A stretch of 64,000 nt of DNA from Blasia pusilla (Eukaryota): positions 19,096,001 to 19,160,000 of the forward strand of contig CM114271.1 of NCBI GenBank assembly GCA_050084515.1, written 5' to 3'. The translations under genes and the position numbers were made by a program. The notes below the pieces were generated by a model. The model was not told the origin of the DNA, did no database searches, and was given only the letters and a program-made list of their open reading frames with translations. This document shows, piece by piece, positions 1 to 11,858 of this stretch (within the stretch, counting starts at the first letter, position 1; the number at the start of each line of letters is the position of its first letter).

Positions 1-203
1 CCATGGATATTCAACTTGGAGTAAGGTTAGAGGAGCAGATTAGTTTTGTATGATTGCATGCACATTTAAGGATCTGATTTCTTGGGTGCACTAATAGAGC
101 TAAGCGTTATTTCAAGAAAGATGATAGCATGTATATGGCCTTCCTATTACCATCTATATCAATGCTTAGGTTGTCATCGCCAATCCATGCATTGATATAG
201 ATA

Positions 204-1475
204 TGTGATACCCAAAATTTTGTACTTTTGAAGATTTACATCTTTTTATTCAAAGAAGATTTGTATATACACTGTGATTTTGATATTATGGTTGCGTAGT
301 AGAAGAATAAGTGAGATTAGAGTGAATCACGAAGCTCCAAGGACAAGGCAGAGAGATAGAAAATCAAGGATTTGCCTGAGAGGAGAGGAGAATACAATAA
401 CGAAGTCTAAAGACCCATCGTGAAGCTTGAAAAAGACAACGAAGCTCTATTAAGAAGTTGTGTATGAAGTGCTTCGGTCCTAAACGAAGCATGAAGAAGA
501 AGAAGAGAAAGAAGTACTTTGCTCTTGAACGAAGCACGAAGTACCAATGAAGAATGGAGCGCTTTGTCCTCAAAGGAAGAGCTTCGGAGATTCAGACTTC
601 AGAGCGGAGTGAAGCTAAGACTGCCAGTGATTTCAAGCCACACATAGTTAGAACAGTTAGAATAGGAAAAGACACAACTCTTTTTATCAGATGGATAGTT
701 ATGACAGTTTTGTTTCGCAGATTCATAGGGATCTTAGGAAAAGATAAGAGCACCATAGATCTAGGTAGTTACAAATATTTAAGAGACACCAACTTCATCA
801 AGACCACTTCGAATCTTTGGAACACTCCTACTTCAGAGAGTATTTAAGAAACATGAAAGTAGCTATCATCATCATTCTTTCACGAAGTCCTTATGCTGTA
901 GGAATGGTCCGAGCAAGGGAGTAGTACCCACTCAAGCTTGAATAACACTTTGAAGCTTTCTCATTCTTGATGGAGTAGTAAAGCACTCATTCCTTCATTT
1001 TGATGTGCGATGCGTATGTCTGAATATTCTTTTTGGGTCTGTAGAGTGAAGAGTGAATCAGGTGAACATTTCTCATCAATGGAATAATCAACATGGAGTT
1101 GTAGGAAATCTGTTTGACGGAGAGTAGCCTGCCGAGACGGATTGAATTCCGAAAGTAGGAGAAGCCAACTTTTGTGTTGAGGTCTCTGTGAGGTTTCTTG
1201 ATGTTGAGAGGAAATCTACCTGAGCGTGATGTCGGCTCCACTAGAGAGAATTGAGGAAAGGAATCTTGGTACTAAGAGAGATCCAACGACGTTGATAAGT
1301 CATTTAATCTAAATCATATACACTTAAATACAATTATTGCAAGAGAATTGTAATTTTGAACTCTCTTTCCACCAAAAAATGATCCTTTTGGGGATCGAAC
1401 TCATTAAATTACTGTAAAAAGATCAATCTGTTACTCATTGTACATTACATATAAGTGATAAAACTTTTTGGGTGC
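204..1475 (+). repeat. Left long terminal inverted repeat (~1272 bp)
   Basis: Reverse complement of 9137-10408 along its whole length. ORF-track peptides 364..573(-) and 987..1241(-) recur as 10039..10248(+) and 9371..9598(+). Confidence 0.95.
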
Positions 1476-1494
1476 AGCGGCCTTCACGTCAAAA

Positions 1495-1583
1495 AGTTCA
1501 AAATTACAATTCTCTTGCAATAATTGTATTGAAGTGTATATGATTTAGATTAAAGGACTTATCAACGTCATCGGATCTCTCTT
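1495..1583. repeat. 89-bp internal complementary repeat
   Basis: Direct copy of 9250-9338 and reverse complement of 1274-1362. Contains the stop codon of the extra 3' ORF. Confidence 0.9.
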
Positions 1584-3037
1584 GTTGAGCAGCTTCTGTT
1601 CTGCCTCCAAGACTGCGATCCTACCCGTAGCCTCCGACCACTGTGCCACTAAGTCTTTGTTTGTTTCTTGATGTTCTTGAAGCAACTTCAAAGAATAAGC
1701 ATGTTGTGTGGCCAATTTCTTGAACTCGTGGCTGATACGATGCACTTGGTGTCGGCATTTTTGAATCAATTGCAAAGCTTCCTTGACCTGCGAAGCTAAC
1801 TGATGAGCCCCACACTCCATGTTAATCGCCAAGCTCTCCCATTGGTGTGCTTTCCGTGCTTTGTACTGACTCTGGACCAAGTCGCTTTGAACTTTGCGAA
1901 GCGTCGTCTTAGTGTCTTCGAGTTCTTGATCCTGTAGCTGAAGGTTTGTTTCCGCCACTTTGCGCTGTGCTTCGTTCTCTGACGAAGCTTGGGCCCTACT
2001 GTTGAGGTCATCAAGCGCTTGTAAATACTGGTCCACCTCCGCTGTGTCTTCCAAGTGGAGAACTTGTTGTAGTTGATTCATGACCGGGACAACCAAATTC
2101 GAGAACCACACCATGTCGTTGGTTGTCTGGGACATGAGACGAAGAGCCGGACGGTGATTGCTAGCACGAGGCGTCTCGTCCAAGTCCTCTTGGGTTGCTG
2201 GCTCTGTTTCAGAGGGTGTTTCAAAATTGACTCGGCCGCGCTTCGGTCTTGGCAATTTGGTGAACTCCCCGTCCTTCTTTGAAGCCGAAGTATGTGGATG
2301 TTGCTTTGGGGCTGCTTCGCGCGGCGGGATCACTTCGCGGCTTCCACTAGTAACCGTTCCGCTCTTTCTTGGTAAGCAGACGGGAGTAACTTTTGACCAA
2401 TCCAACGCCTGCAATGAATATACAGATGGATTAAAAAAGGAGATAGGAAGGACTTTGTGCTCGGATGAAGTGCTTCCAGCATTGCGCGTACATGCCCATC
2501 CACAAAAGAAGCAAAGTCGACACCCGGTGCTTCGGGGTCCAGGTGTTGATTCCAAAGGATATAGCACATCTTGACGAGCTTATTTGTCAGGTAGTAAGAA
2601 CGAGCAGGATAAAACAAAGTCATCCAATGCTTGCAAAACTGTCCAAACAATGGCGGAGACAACGAAGTAGCCTTGTAGCCATTCCTGCCAAGGCGATCAG
2701 ACGCTATATAACCGAGTGCCAGCAAATCTTCATGCTTTACCAGAAATTTGGTGTCATACTCGTACTCCGGAATGGCCGGGAGCATATAAGTTGCTCGCCA
2801 GTCATCCGGTGTCCATTGTTGTAGCTGAGCTCGATACCAAAGACCCTTTCTTTGAAACTTGGCTGCTGTAGTCGAGGAACAAATCTCTCCGAGGAGTTCC
2901 CCGGACGTCAAGGTCCAATTTGCTTGAAAGAAAGTCGCCAAAGATTGCTCCTCAAGCGCTTCGACTAACTCTAGTGACAGCTTGACCAAATGAATGGCCG
3001 CACTTCGCAAAATAGGCGTAGAGTCTTCATGAGGCAT
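1545..3037 (-). pseudogene. Extra 3' ORF of the retroelement (globular N-terminus, low-complexity linker, C-terminal coiled coil), frameshifted near 2340-2400
   Basis: Overlapping ORFs 2330..3130 and 1545..2567 on the element's sense strand, downstream of integrase. Heptad-rich C-terminus (LQLQDQELEDTKTTLRKVQSDL). Confidence 0.65.
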
Positions 3038-3249
3038 GGTGGTAGGTCGATCTCGGTGAACACCCTGCTTCGGTATGCTATGCAACTTTGTGGTGACTCT
3101 GTCCATGGAAATATCCGCCCGGTTAAGCAAGGACGCTTATATAGTCCAAGCACTATGCGGGTTCTTGGTCTTGGCACTCGAACTGCAACAATCAGGTTGG
3201 CACTTTGCTCTTCAGCGAAGCTCAACCTGATTTTTCAGTCCGGGTAGGG

Positions 3250-6200
3250 TTGAGGCTCATGATACCGCCAAACATGCATCCCATTGACACAAGTTGGAAG
3301 TGCTTTGCCCTGTAAGGTCCTCAACTACAACGATCCGTTATCATATATGGCCAATACCCGGTAGGGTCCCATCCAGTTCAATTTTAACTTTCCGGGGAAC
3401 TTTATCTGACGGTTATCATACAATAGCACCAAGTCCCCAACGCTTATAGATTGCGGCCGGAGATGTCGATCGTATCGGTGCTTGCGTTTATTTTGCACAC
3501 GTTTGGTTTGGCGTAAAGCCAACGTGCGTGCTTCCTCCAACGCAACTAAGGTCTCATTCCTTCCGTGGAAAACCTCGGCGACCGCCTCCGTTCTTGTTCC
3601 TTCCAACACTTGATAAGTGGGCAGAGCCCATTCAATAGGTGTCAAGGGATGAACACCATAAGTCAGGAAGAACGGGGTATACTTTATAGTAACCTTCTCG
3701 GCTTTTTGGTATACCCACAATGTAGCGGAGATTTTCATATCCCAATCATAGGAATACGTAACTGTCAATCGATTCAATATCCGGCAATATGCGCGTGGCC
3801 ACCGCCTCCACCATCTTGGTACAATAGTCGGTAGCTATCAAAATATATTTTTGCCTTGTGTGGCGGGTAGCGGGTGAAATAGGGCCCACAAAGTCAATAC
3901 CCCATTTTTCAAAAGGAGCTAGCGGCATGATGGGTATCAAAGGCCACCTTGGGATAGCCGTTGGTCGACCTGCTCTTTGGCATGCATCACAACTTTGAAT
4001 AAAGTTACCTACATCTTTGTACATAGTTGGCCACTAGTAACGTGCGGCCAAGATTTTCTTAACGGTATTTTTAACAGCGTAGTGTCCACCAGAATCAGCC
4101 TCATGCATGGCTCTAATGATGTGGGGGATTTCTTCTGCTTCCAAGCATCGCCGATACTCTTCATCCGCACCTAATTTGAATAGTACCCCCTGACATATCT
4201 CATAGGATCCTATCTTATGTAAAAAGACTGCTCGTTCCTTTGCTCTGATAGGGGCGGGAAGTCATAGAGTAATTAAGAAACGTAAAATGTCTTCATAAAA
4301 GGATTGGTACAACCGGTCCTCCGTGATCTGGAACAGGTCTTCGTCGGGAAAGGTGTCATCCACGGATTGTGTGAGGTCCACGTTCGTCATCCTCAACCGG
4401 GAAAGAAAATCTACGTTGGTATGAACCTTGCCGGCATGGGTAATGACATCAAATATGAACTCTTGGAGTAACAAGATCCATCGCGCAATGCGACCTGACA
4501 GGTCCGCCTTAACCATTAATGGTCGGAGTGCAAAATGATCTACATGGAAGACAAACTCATACCCTAATAAATAATGACGAAACTTTTTGCACAAGAAGAC
4601 GATGCCTAATGCCTCTCATTCGGTAGTTGTATATTTCTGTTCAACTGAAGATAGTTACCAGCTTGCATAGTAAACCGGGAAATCATGTTTGTTCTCATCC
4701 AGTTGGCTGAGCACCACTCCAATGGCAAAGGAGGATGTGTCCACATATACGTGGAAGGGTTTGGTCCCATTGGGGGACCAAAGTACAAGAGCCTTTTGCA
4801 ATGCTTCCTTTAAGGCTTCAAATGCCGCTTGGTAGGGTGGGCTCCACTACCATTTGGTAGTTTTTTTAAGTAACGTGGTTAGGGCTCCTACTTTCACCGC
4901 ATAATCCCTAATAAACCGTCGGTAATATCTGACGTGTCCCAAGAACCCTCTCAATTCTCTAAGATTTGTGGGTGGTTCCAATGCGATGATAATATCCACT
5001 TTGGCCTTGTCGACTTCAATTCCTTGGGCCGACACTCTGTGCCCCAACAAAATCCCTTGTTTCATGGCAATATACGATTTTTCCGTATGGAAGGACAAAT
5101 GCACTTTGCGACAACGAGCGAGGGTCAATTCTAATTTTTCCAAGTGTTCGGCTTCTGTACTAAAGATACAAAAGTTTTCCATGAAAATTTCAACAAACTT
5201 CCACAGATACTCTTGGAAGATGGAGATCATCATCCGTTGGAAGGTGGCTGGCGCATTGCACAACCCAAAAGGCATCACACGATACGCGAAAGTTCCCAAG
5301 TCCGTGGTGAAAGTTGTGAGGGGCCGATCTTTTTCTCTTATGGATACATGGTTATAACCCAAGTATCCATCCAAAAAGATATAATGCTCGTGGCCAGCGA
5401 CTTTGTCCAAAATGCTGTCAGTGAAAGGTAAAGGGGTGATGGTCCTTTAAGGTGGCCGAATTCAATTTCCGATAATCTTGGCATACTTTGATTTTTCCCG
5501 TTTTTTTTTGGGTACAATTACAATGGGTGACACCCAGTCGCTACTTAACACAAGATAAATTATTCGTGCTCGAGACGCTGGTTGATTTCTTCCTTGATTA
5601 ACAATGAGTACTTCGGGTTGAGGTGATACTGCCTCATCCATACCGGGACCACACCTTCTTTTAGATCAATCCGGTGTTCACCATACTATGCTAGAATGCC
5701 TGTCATTTCATCCATGGAGTACGCAAACACATCCAAATACTCAAACAATAAGTTTTTATACTTAATGAGTTCAGTAGGAGATAAATTCGCTGAGAGGCGT
5801 AGAGACTTCTGACTTGTAATTAAGACCTGCACGTAGTCTTTTTCTTGAAACATATTTTCTATGAATAGGAATGTGCTATGACCTAGCTACTCTTCCTCCT
5901 GGGTCAACCTCTATTTGCTAGATACTGACTCTTCATCTATTTCATAGCATTCTAAATAGTACAAGTTAGACGAGGACTCAGTAGCTGTAGTCCCTCTTGA
6001 TCTGACGTATAGCCTTCATCCGTCGGTGGCGTTTCTCCTTGGGGTGGTCGTGATTTCCTCGACAGCTTGATGAGTCGTATGAGACCTGGTCCGGAGCCTG
6101 GAACGTGAACCGTCTCCTTATCCAGTCCGTAGTCACTCTCGCACCATAAAGCCAGGGTCTTCCAATAAGCAAGGGATAACCAGTGGCCGTTAAGGGCTGC

Positions 6201-6700
6201 AACACTAAGTAGTCCAATGGAAATAGCACTCCGCCGAGCATGGTCGGGATCTGAGTGAGCTGTCCGAGGGGTCGCTTCCAGGACTGGTCCGCGAACTGTA
6301 GATACTTGTCGGTGGGCTCGTACTTCGTGTATCCCAGTGCCCGGGCCGTCTGTTCTATGATAATGTTAATTCCACTTCCCGAGTCAATAGGGACCTTCTT
6401 AATGGTGTGTCCCTCAATCTCAACTTCGACCTTTGGGGCTCCCAAATCTTCCACTTCGATACAGAATAGATCCACTACCGGTAGACTCTTTGCGGACTTC
6501 TTGGGTTTTCTGCGGCTTATCTTCCACTATTGCAGAATTTTACCGTACATAGGGTTATCCATTAATAATTGCAGCAGGGTTATATTTGCGGGTGTTGATG
6601 CCAAGTCCCTGAGTAAGTCGTAGGCTTCCAAGACCAGAGGTGACGTCACGATGGCTTGTACTGCCGGAGCCATTCGGGTTCTCAAATTCTCTGTTGTCTG
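3250..6700 (-). pseudogene. pol: aspartic protease, RT, RNase H, integrase (stops and frameshifts)
   Basis: Protease IDSGSGINII (5978-6475). RT FLDGYLGYNHV and MPFGLCNAPATFQR with degenerate YxDD (FMEN) (4847-5410). RNase H KKFRHYLLG..VDHFAL (4262-4790). Integrase SCDACQR, WGIDFVGP and GPY motif (3325-4130). Confidence 0.92.
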
Positions 6701-7046
6701 CCTCCCTTCTAGCCCTTGGTTCTGGCGAACTTAAGCCCAAACATGGTCCTCGATATCCTGATGCAAGTACTTAGGGTGACTTTGATCGAAGGCAGGGTCA
6801 ACATCTCCTTTTAGAATGGCCTTCCGGACGCGGAAGGTGTCGACACTCTTTAGCTTTGCATGAAGATGAAGCGCCTATCTGAGTCTTGGTTTTCCCTCCA
6901 GTCTGGGTTTTGGACCTCGTGGTGACCGCGAGAGCTTCGTTTAGGAGTTTCGATGGCCACTCCGAGGAGTCTTCAGTTGCCGTCCCATCGGCCTCCTCTT
7001 CCCTAATGGTAACTTGTATTGCTTTAGGGGATACCAACTCCTCTAC

Positions 7047-8402
7047 TCAAACGAGCTGAACATTCACTTCATTTTTGGACTCTGTTGGTGCCGCTGGGGT
7101 AGTTACATACTTGACCAGAAACTGAGAAACCTTGGGCTCCGAGCACTCCACTGCAGTGTGCCCGCCTTTCTTACAATTTCTGCACAAGGGATTGAGTTCG
7201 ACAGGCCTCTTGGGGTTTGGGCAATTGTTGGCCCAATGGTTGGCCGCCCTGCAGTTATAACAACTGTTCTTTTTTATTGGCGGCGTGAAGGCCGCCGCAT
7301 CCATAATTTGTCTTAGGGGTTGTTGCTCCCTGTACTCCGGGGGTACATATCTCGGGATCCAACTTTGTCCTGAATTAGAGGTTGGCATGGCGTGGATTGC
7401 ATAACATCCTTCCCATTGGTCGGCTTCATACCACCCTTCTTCCGCCGTTGGTTCTTCCTAGATCCAACGTAAATCTCTTTGATTATGACATTCTTGAGCA
7501 GTATGCCCTTGGGTTCCACAGGCAGTACACCACACGTTGAGCCTCATCAGACCTCGTCGTCTTTTGGGGTCGTGCTGGGCCGCCAGACGTACTTTTAATT
7601 CCGCCATTTGTTTGCTTAACTCTTCAATGGCAGACTTGCCCGACCTCTTTGATGTCCCTCGTACTGGGTTGACAGACCCTCGAGCACCATGCTTGGTAGG
7701 CTTGTCTTTCCTTCCTCGCTTGAGAGTGCGGTGGCGTATATGTCGCTTCCGTTTGGATTTTAGGTCCTCTTCGGAGTCTGTGGACTCAATCGTGCCATCC
7801 GTGGAGGCTTCGGTGTCTATAGAGGACGCTTTGTCCTCGGAAGAAGAACTAGTTTGCAAAGAACCTCGTCATTGATGACGCCGTCTTCGCATTTTTTGGG
7901 ATTTCTCGGAGGCCTCGTATGCCTCTGTGGATGCTATGATTGTATCCAGGGAATCTCGTTGGCCTCGCCGATAGTACCGGTCTATTTCTTTGGACAGTCC
8001 CGACACAAACCAATCAACCAATTGTGAGGTAGTTGTGTGTTCAAGTTTTTTTACAAGGCTACGAAACCTTTGGGTGTATTCCCTGAGAGTTTCCTTCTTT
8101 TTACGTTTCAGATCGCGAAGCTTTGTCAGAAGCCTGTCCTCAAACTCCAGGTCCCAGAACTCATGAAGAAACACCTCCAATACCCTTTTCTAGGTTTCCG
8201 TGACATCCGCTCCCACACCCTCGTACCATTGGCTTGCTCACTTCTTAAGCAAGCCAAGAAAGACTTGCAGCAAATCCTCCTCTGAGCCTTCCCCATAAGC
8301 CTTAGCTACATGGGTAAATTCAAGCACAAAGTTGTCAACATCATCTCGCCGTCCCCTTGCAAATGTGGGGTATCTTAGCAATATCTTTCTAGTGTTGGCC
8401 AT
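7047..8402 (-). pseudogene. gag with three CCHC zinc knuckles (may extend upstream to ~9090)
   Basis: Capsid-like LRDLKRKKKETLREYTQRF..FVSGL. Knuckles CTACGTQGHTAQEC, CYNCRAANHWANNC and CRNCKKGGHTAVEC. Confidence 0.85.
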
Positions 8403-9124
8403 TGGGAAATTTCTGCTGCTGGGTCCCGAGCTTGATGCTTAGGAGGGAGGAGGCAGCGGTTCCGATCTGGTTGATTTGGTCGGCTCCTCGTCCCCCGAGT
8501 CCCCAAAGGCATTCCAGGTTGACTCTTTGTCCGACTACAAACTAGCAAGAGATGTGCCGGAGAGCATATTCTTGTCTCTCTTCTTGCTCTTGGGCTTTGT
8601 GTGAGGCCAAAGATTGGGAGACATCCCCGGCGGTCTCCAAGCCAGGGGATCTTCTTGTTTCTTATTGCGTCAATCAGCGAGCTGATCTCGGGATGAGGGC
8701 TGGGAGACTTCCATGAGTCCCTTCTGGGATTCGAGAGCTTGCTTCCGCACCCACGATTGCCATAAGGTAGGGGTCCATGGAGGGAAATTGGATCTTCCTA
8801 ATTCCTATAGGAATGTGCGGGTGCTCTTAATCTACCTGCCAGGTTTTCCTCCCATAAACAAAAGTACCGGGTCATCACCAAGTATAACTGACGCTCATGG
8901 GCACCGTTTGGCGACTGGTTCTTTGACAAAACTAATTAGTTGTTCTATCTTTTCTAGCACCAATGCAGCAAACTGGTTGTTATCTTCTTTCATTCATTGT
9001 CTTAGGGGGATAGCTAGATGGTCTTCAGTAAGAACTAGATGGTTGGGTCTTCTAGGAGACGAGGTTTCTTTCCCTACTCCTGGGTTCCCCATGTGTCTCT
9101 CTCCCTCTCCAGCAAAGCTTATGA

Positions 9125-9142
9125 TCCCCGGCAGCAGCACCA
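9125..9142 (-). promoter_or_regulatory. Primer-binding site, tRNA-Asp type
   Basis: - strand TGGTGCTGCTGCCGGGGA has 3 mismatches to the Athila-type tRNA-Asp PBS TGGCGCCGTTGCCGGGGA and sits at the inner edge of the right terminal repeat. Confidence 0.8.
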
Positions 9143-10408
9143 AAAAGTTTTATCACTCATATGTAATGTACAATGAGTAATAGAATTGATCTTTTTACAG
9201 TAATTTAATGAGTTCAATCCCCAAGAGGATCATTGTTTGATGGAAAGAGAGTTCAAAATTATAATTCTCTTGCAATAATTATATTTAAGTGTATATGATT
9301 TAGATTCAATGACTTATCAACGTCGTCGGATCTCTCTTAATACCAAGATTCCTTTCCTCAATTCTCTCTAATGGAGCTGACATCATGCTTAGGTAGATTT
9401 CCTCTCGACATCAAGAAACCTCACAGAGACCTCAACACAAAAGTTGGCTTCTCCTACTTTTGGAACTCAATCCGTCTTGGCAGGCTACTCTTTGTCAAAC
9501 AGATTTCCTACAACTCCATGTTGATTATTCCATTGATGAGAAAGGTTCGCCTGATTCACTCTTCACTCTACAGACCCAAAAAGAATACTCAGACATAAGC
9601 ATCGCACATCAGAATGAAGGAATGAGTGCTTTACTACTCCATCAAGAATGAAAAAGCTTCAAAGTGTTATGCAAGCTCGAGAGGGTACTACTCCCTTGCT
9701 TGGACCATTCCTACAGCATAAGGACTTCGTGAAAGAATGATGATGATAGCTACTTTCATGTTTCTTAAATACTCTCTGAAGTAGGAGTGTTCCAAAGATT
9801 GGAAGCGGTCTTGATGAAGCTAGTGTCTCTTCAACATTTGTAACTACCTAGATCTATGGTGCTCTTCTCTTTTCCTAAGATCCCTATGAATCCGCGGAAC
9901 AAAACTGTCATAACTACCTATCTTATACAAAGAGTTGCGCCTGTTTCTTTTCTAACTGTTCTAACTATGCGTCGCTTGAAATCACTGTCAATCTTAGCTT
10001 CGTTTTGCTGTGAAGTCTGAATCTCCGAAGCTCTCCCTTTGAGGATGAAGCGCTCCATTCTTCATTGGTACTTCATGCTTTGTTTAGGAGCGAAGTACTT
10101 CTTTCTCCTCTTCTTCTTCATGCTTTATTCAGGAGCGAAGCACTTCATACACAACTTCTTAATAGAGCTTTGTTGTCTTTTTCAAGCTTCACGCTGGGTC
10201 TTTAGACTTCGTTATTGTATTCTCCTCTCCTCTCAGGAAAATCCTTGATTTTCTATCTCTCTGCCTTGTCCTTGGAGCTTCCTGATTCCCTTGAATCTCA
10301 CTCATTCTTCTACTACGCAACCATAATATCAAAATCATAGTGTATATACAAATCTTCTTTGAATAAAAAGATGTAAATCTTCAAAAGTACAAAACTGTGG
10401 GTATCACA
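9137..10408 (-). repeat. Right long terminal inverted repeat (functional 5' LTR, ~1272 bp)
   Basis: Reverse complement of 204-1475. Followed on the - strand by the PBS and gag. Confidence 0.95.
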
Positions 10409-11032
10409 AGATAGTACTTCATGTATCAATTGATAGAGGTTTTGCAATGCCTCTCTTGGTCGTCAAAGAAGTACCATATCCTGTAGGCATCCGAGTTGAG
10501 GCTAGTCTTCACAAAAAAAAATTTACTACAAACCTATCACACATGTGGCCTAAGCATCCAAACATCTTGCTCCACAACCAACCATATCTTTGGAACACGT
10601 TCATCTCGTGCATACTAGTGTATGAGAATCCTTGTCTTTATGGCCAAATAAACAATCCATCAATAAGCACATCATATTCTCCTTAATGCGCATAGGATCT
10701 TATACTAGGGTGTTTATATAACACCCTAATTTCTTCAAGCATGTTGATATCGATGCTCCTATCTACGATGCAAACTCCCTCCCGTAGGGTGAGTAACTTC
10801 TTCACAAGCAACTTGAGCTACATTTATAATAGATGGCGAGTCATCTTTGGTCATGCGATGTGATGTGTATAACCCATGCACCATATTTGAGAAAAATGTA
10901 AAATGTTTGCTTAAGCAAATATATCACATGGAGATAAATGTGAGGTCTCATGCCAAAAAACATAAGGAATGTTAAACTTGTACATAGGATGATCAACCCC
11001 ATAATAAAAAAAAAACCCTTATTCATAGCAAG

Positions 11033-11102
11033 TTAAGTGTATGTAGCTATAATCTTCCCTCTTAGCTTGTTAAGAGGGAAGATTATAGCTACATACACTT
11101 AA
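11033..11102. repeat. Perfect 32-bp inverted repeat with 6-nt spacer
   Basis: TTAAGTGTATGTAGCTATAATCTTCCCTCTTA-gcttgt-TAAGAGGGAAGATTATAGCTACATACACTTAA. Confidence 0.95.
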
Positions 11103-11828
11103 TAGGATTATGACATGAGGCTACATGGGTATATCCCATTGATAGTAAGATCCGATGGCATGTTACAAGGCTTTGTCCTCCAATCTGAGTATGTGGTCTC
11201 CATATACAAGTAAGCTAGAGAGTCTACCTCCAAGCACATCATACCATTTTTGATGGGTGATGTTTACGCCACAACATCAACTTTTCCAATGAAAATATTG
11301 TGTACATAAGCAAAAATTGTGGAATGATAAGAAATTGCGAAAGAACTTTATGAGGTATATCTCTTTATATATCATCTCAATAGCAGGTGGATCTGGAATG
11401 TGGGCAAAAATTCAAGGATGACACATGCCTCCAATGGTCATAAGGGCATGCATGGCTAACTTACCTCACAAGGACATAATGTAGTGAGTGTAGTCTCATG
11501 TGGCTCACTAGCTATCGGGCGGATGATAAGACGTTAGGGGAAGCGTTCCCTTTTGGACTATTTTGTTAGGAATCTGTTGTGCAATAGGTGGAACAACACA
11601 TACATAAACACCTTAAAAACAAAAAACAGATATTTTATCTTTAGAAGAAGCAAGATAGTTTCCATGCAAGATATCTAAGCATGTGCACCCCACATGATAT
11701 AATGGAACTTGCCCATCTTTGTGTATATGATCGCCATGCATATTGACCTTGATATTAAAGGAATGGCTATGGGGAAAATCTTCTATGTCATTATCATGGA
11801 ATAAGTCGGTTATCTCTTTTGCACGCTC

Positions 11829-11858
11829 ATCCTCCTCCTCCTCCTCCTCCTCCTCCTC
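11829..11858. repeat. (TCC)n microsatellite (poly-Glu on the - strand)
   Basis: Seen directly in the sequence. Confidence 0.9.

Larger units (their letters stand above)
204..10408 (-). mobile_element. Ty3/gypsy-type retroelement with long terminal inverted repeats (decayed)
   Basis: Begins TGTGATACCC (204) and ends GGGTATCACA (10408). Identical 5-bp flanks AGATA at 199-203 and 10409-10413. Internal gag, protease, RT, RNase H, integrase and an extra 3' ORF all lie on the - strand in gypsy order. Confidence 0.9.

Noticed and set aside
364-1241. Short ORFs within the terminal inverted repeats
   Set aside because: No domain similarity. They recur only because the repeat is duplicated, and their ends differ between copies.
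204-10408. DIRS element or DNA transposon (Ginger/Polinton)
   Set aside because: No tyrosine recombinase, DNA polymerase B or transposase is recognisable. It has gag, protease, RT, RNase H, a DDE integrase, a tRNA PBS and a 5-bp TSD.
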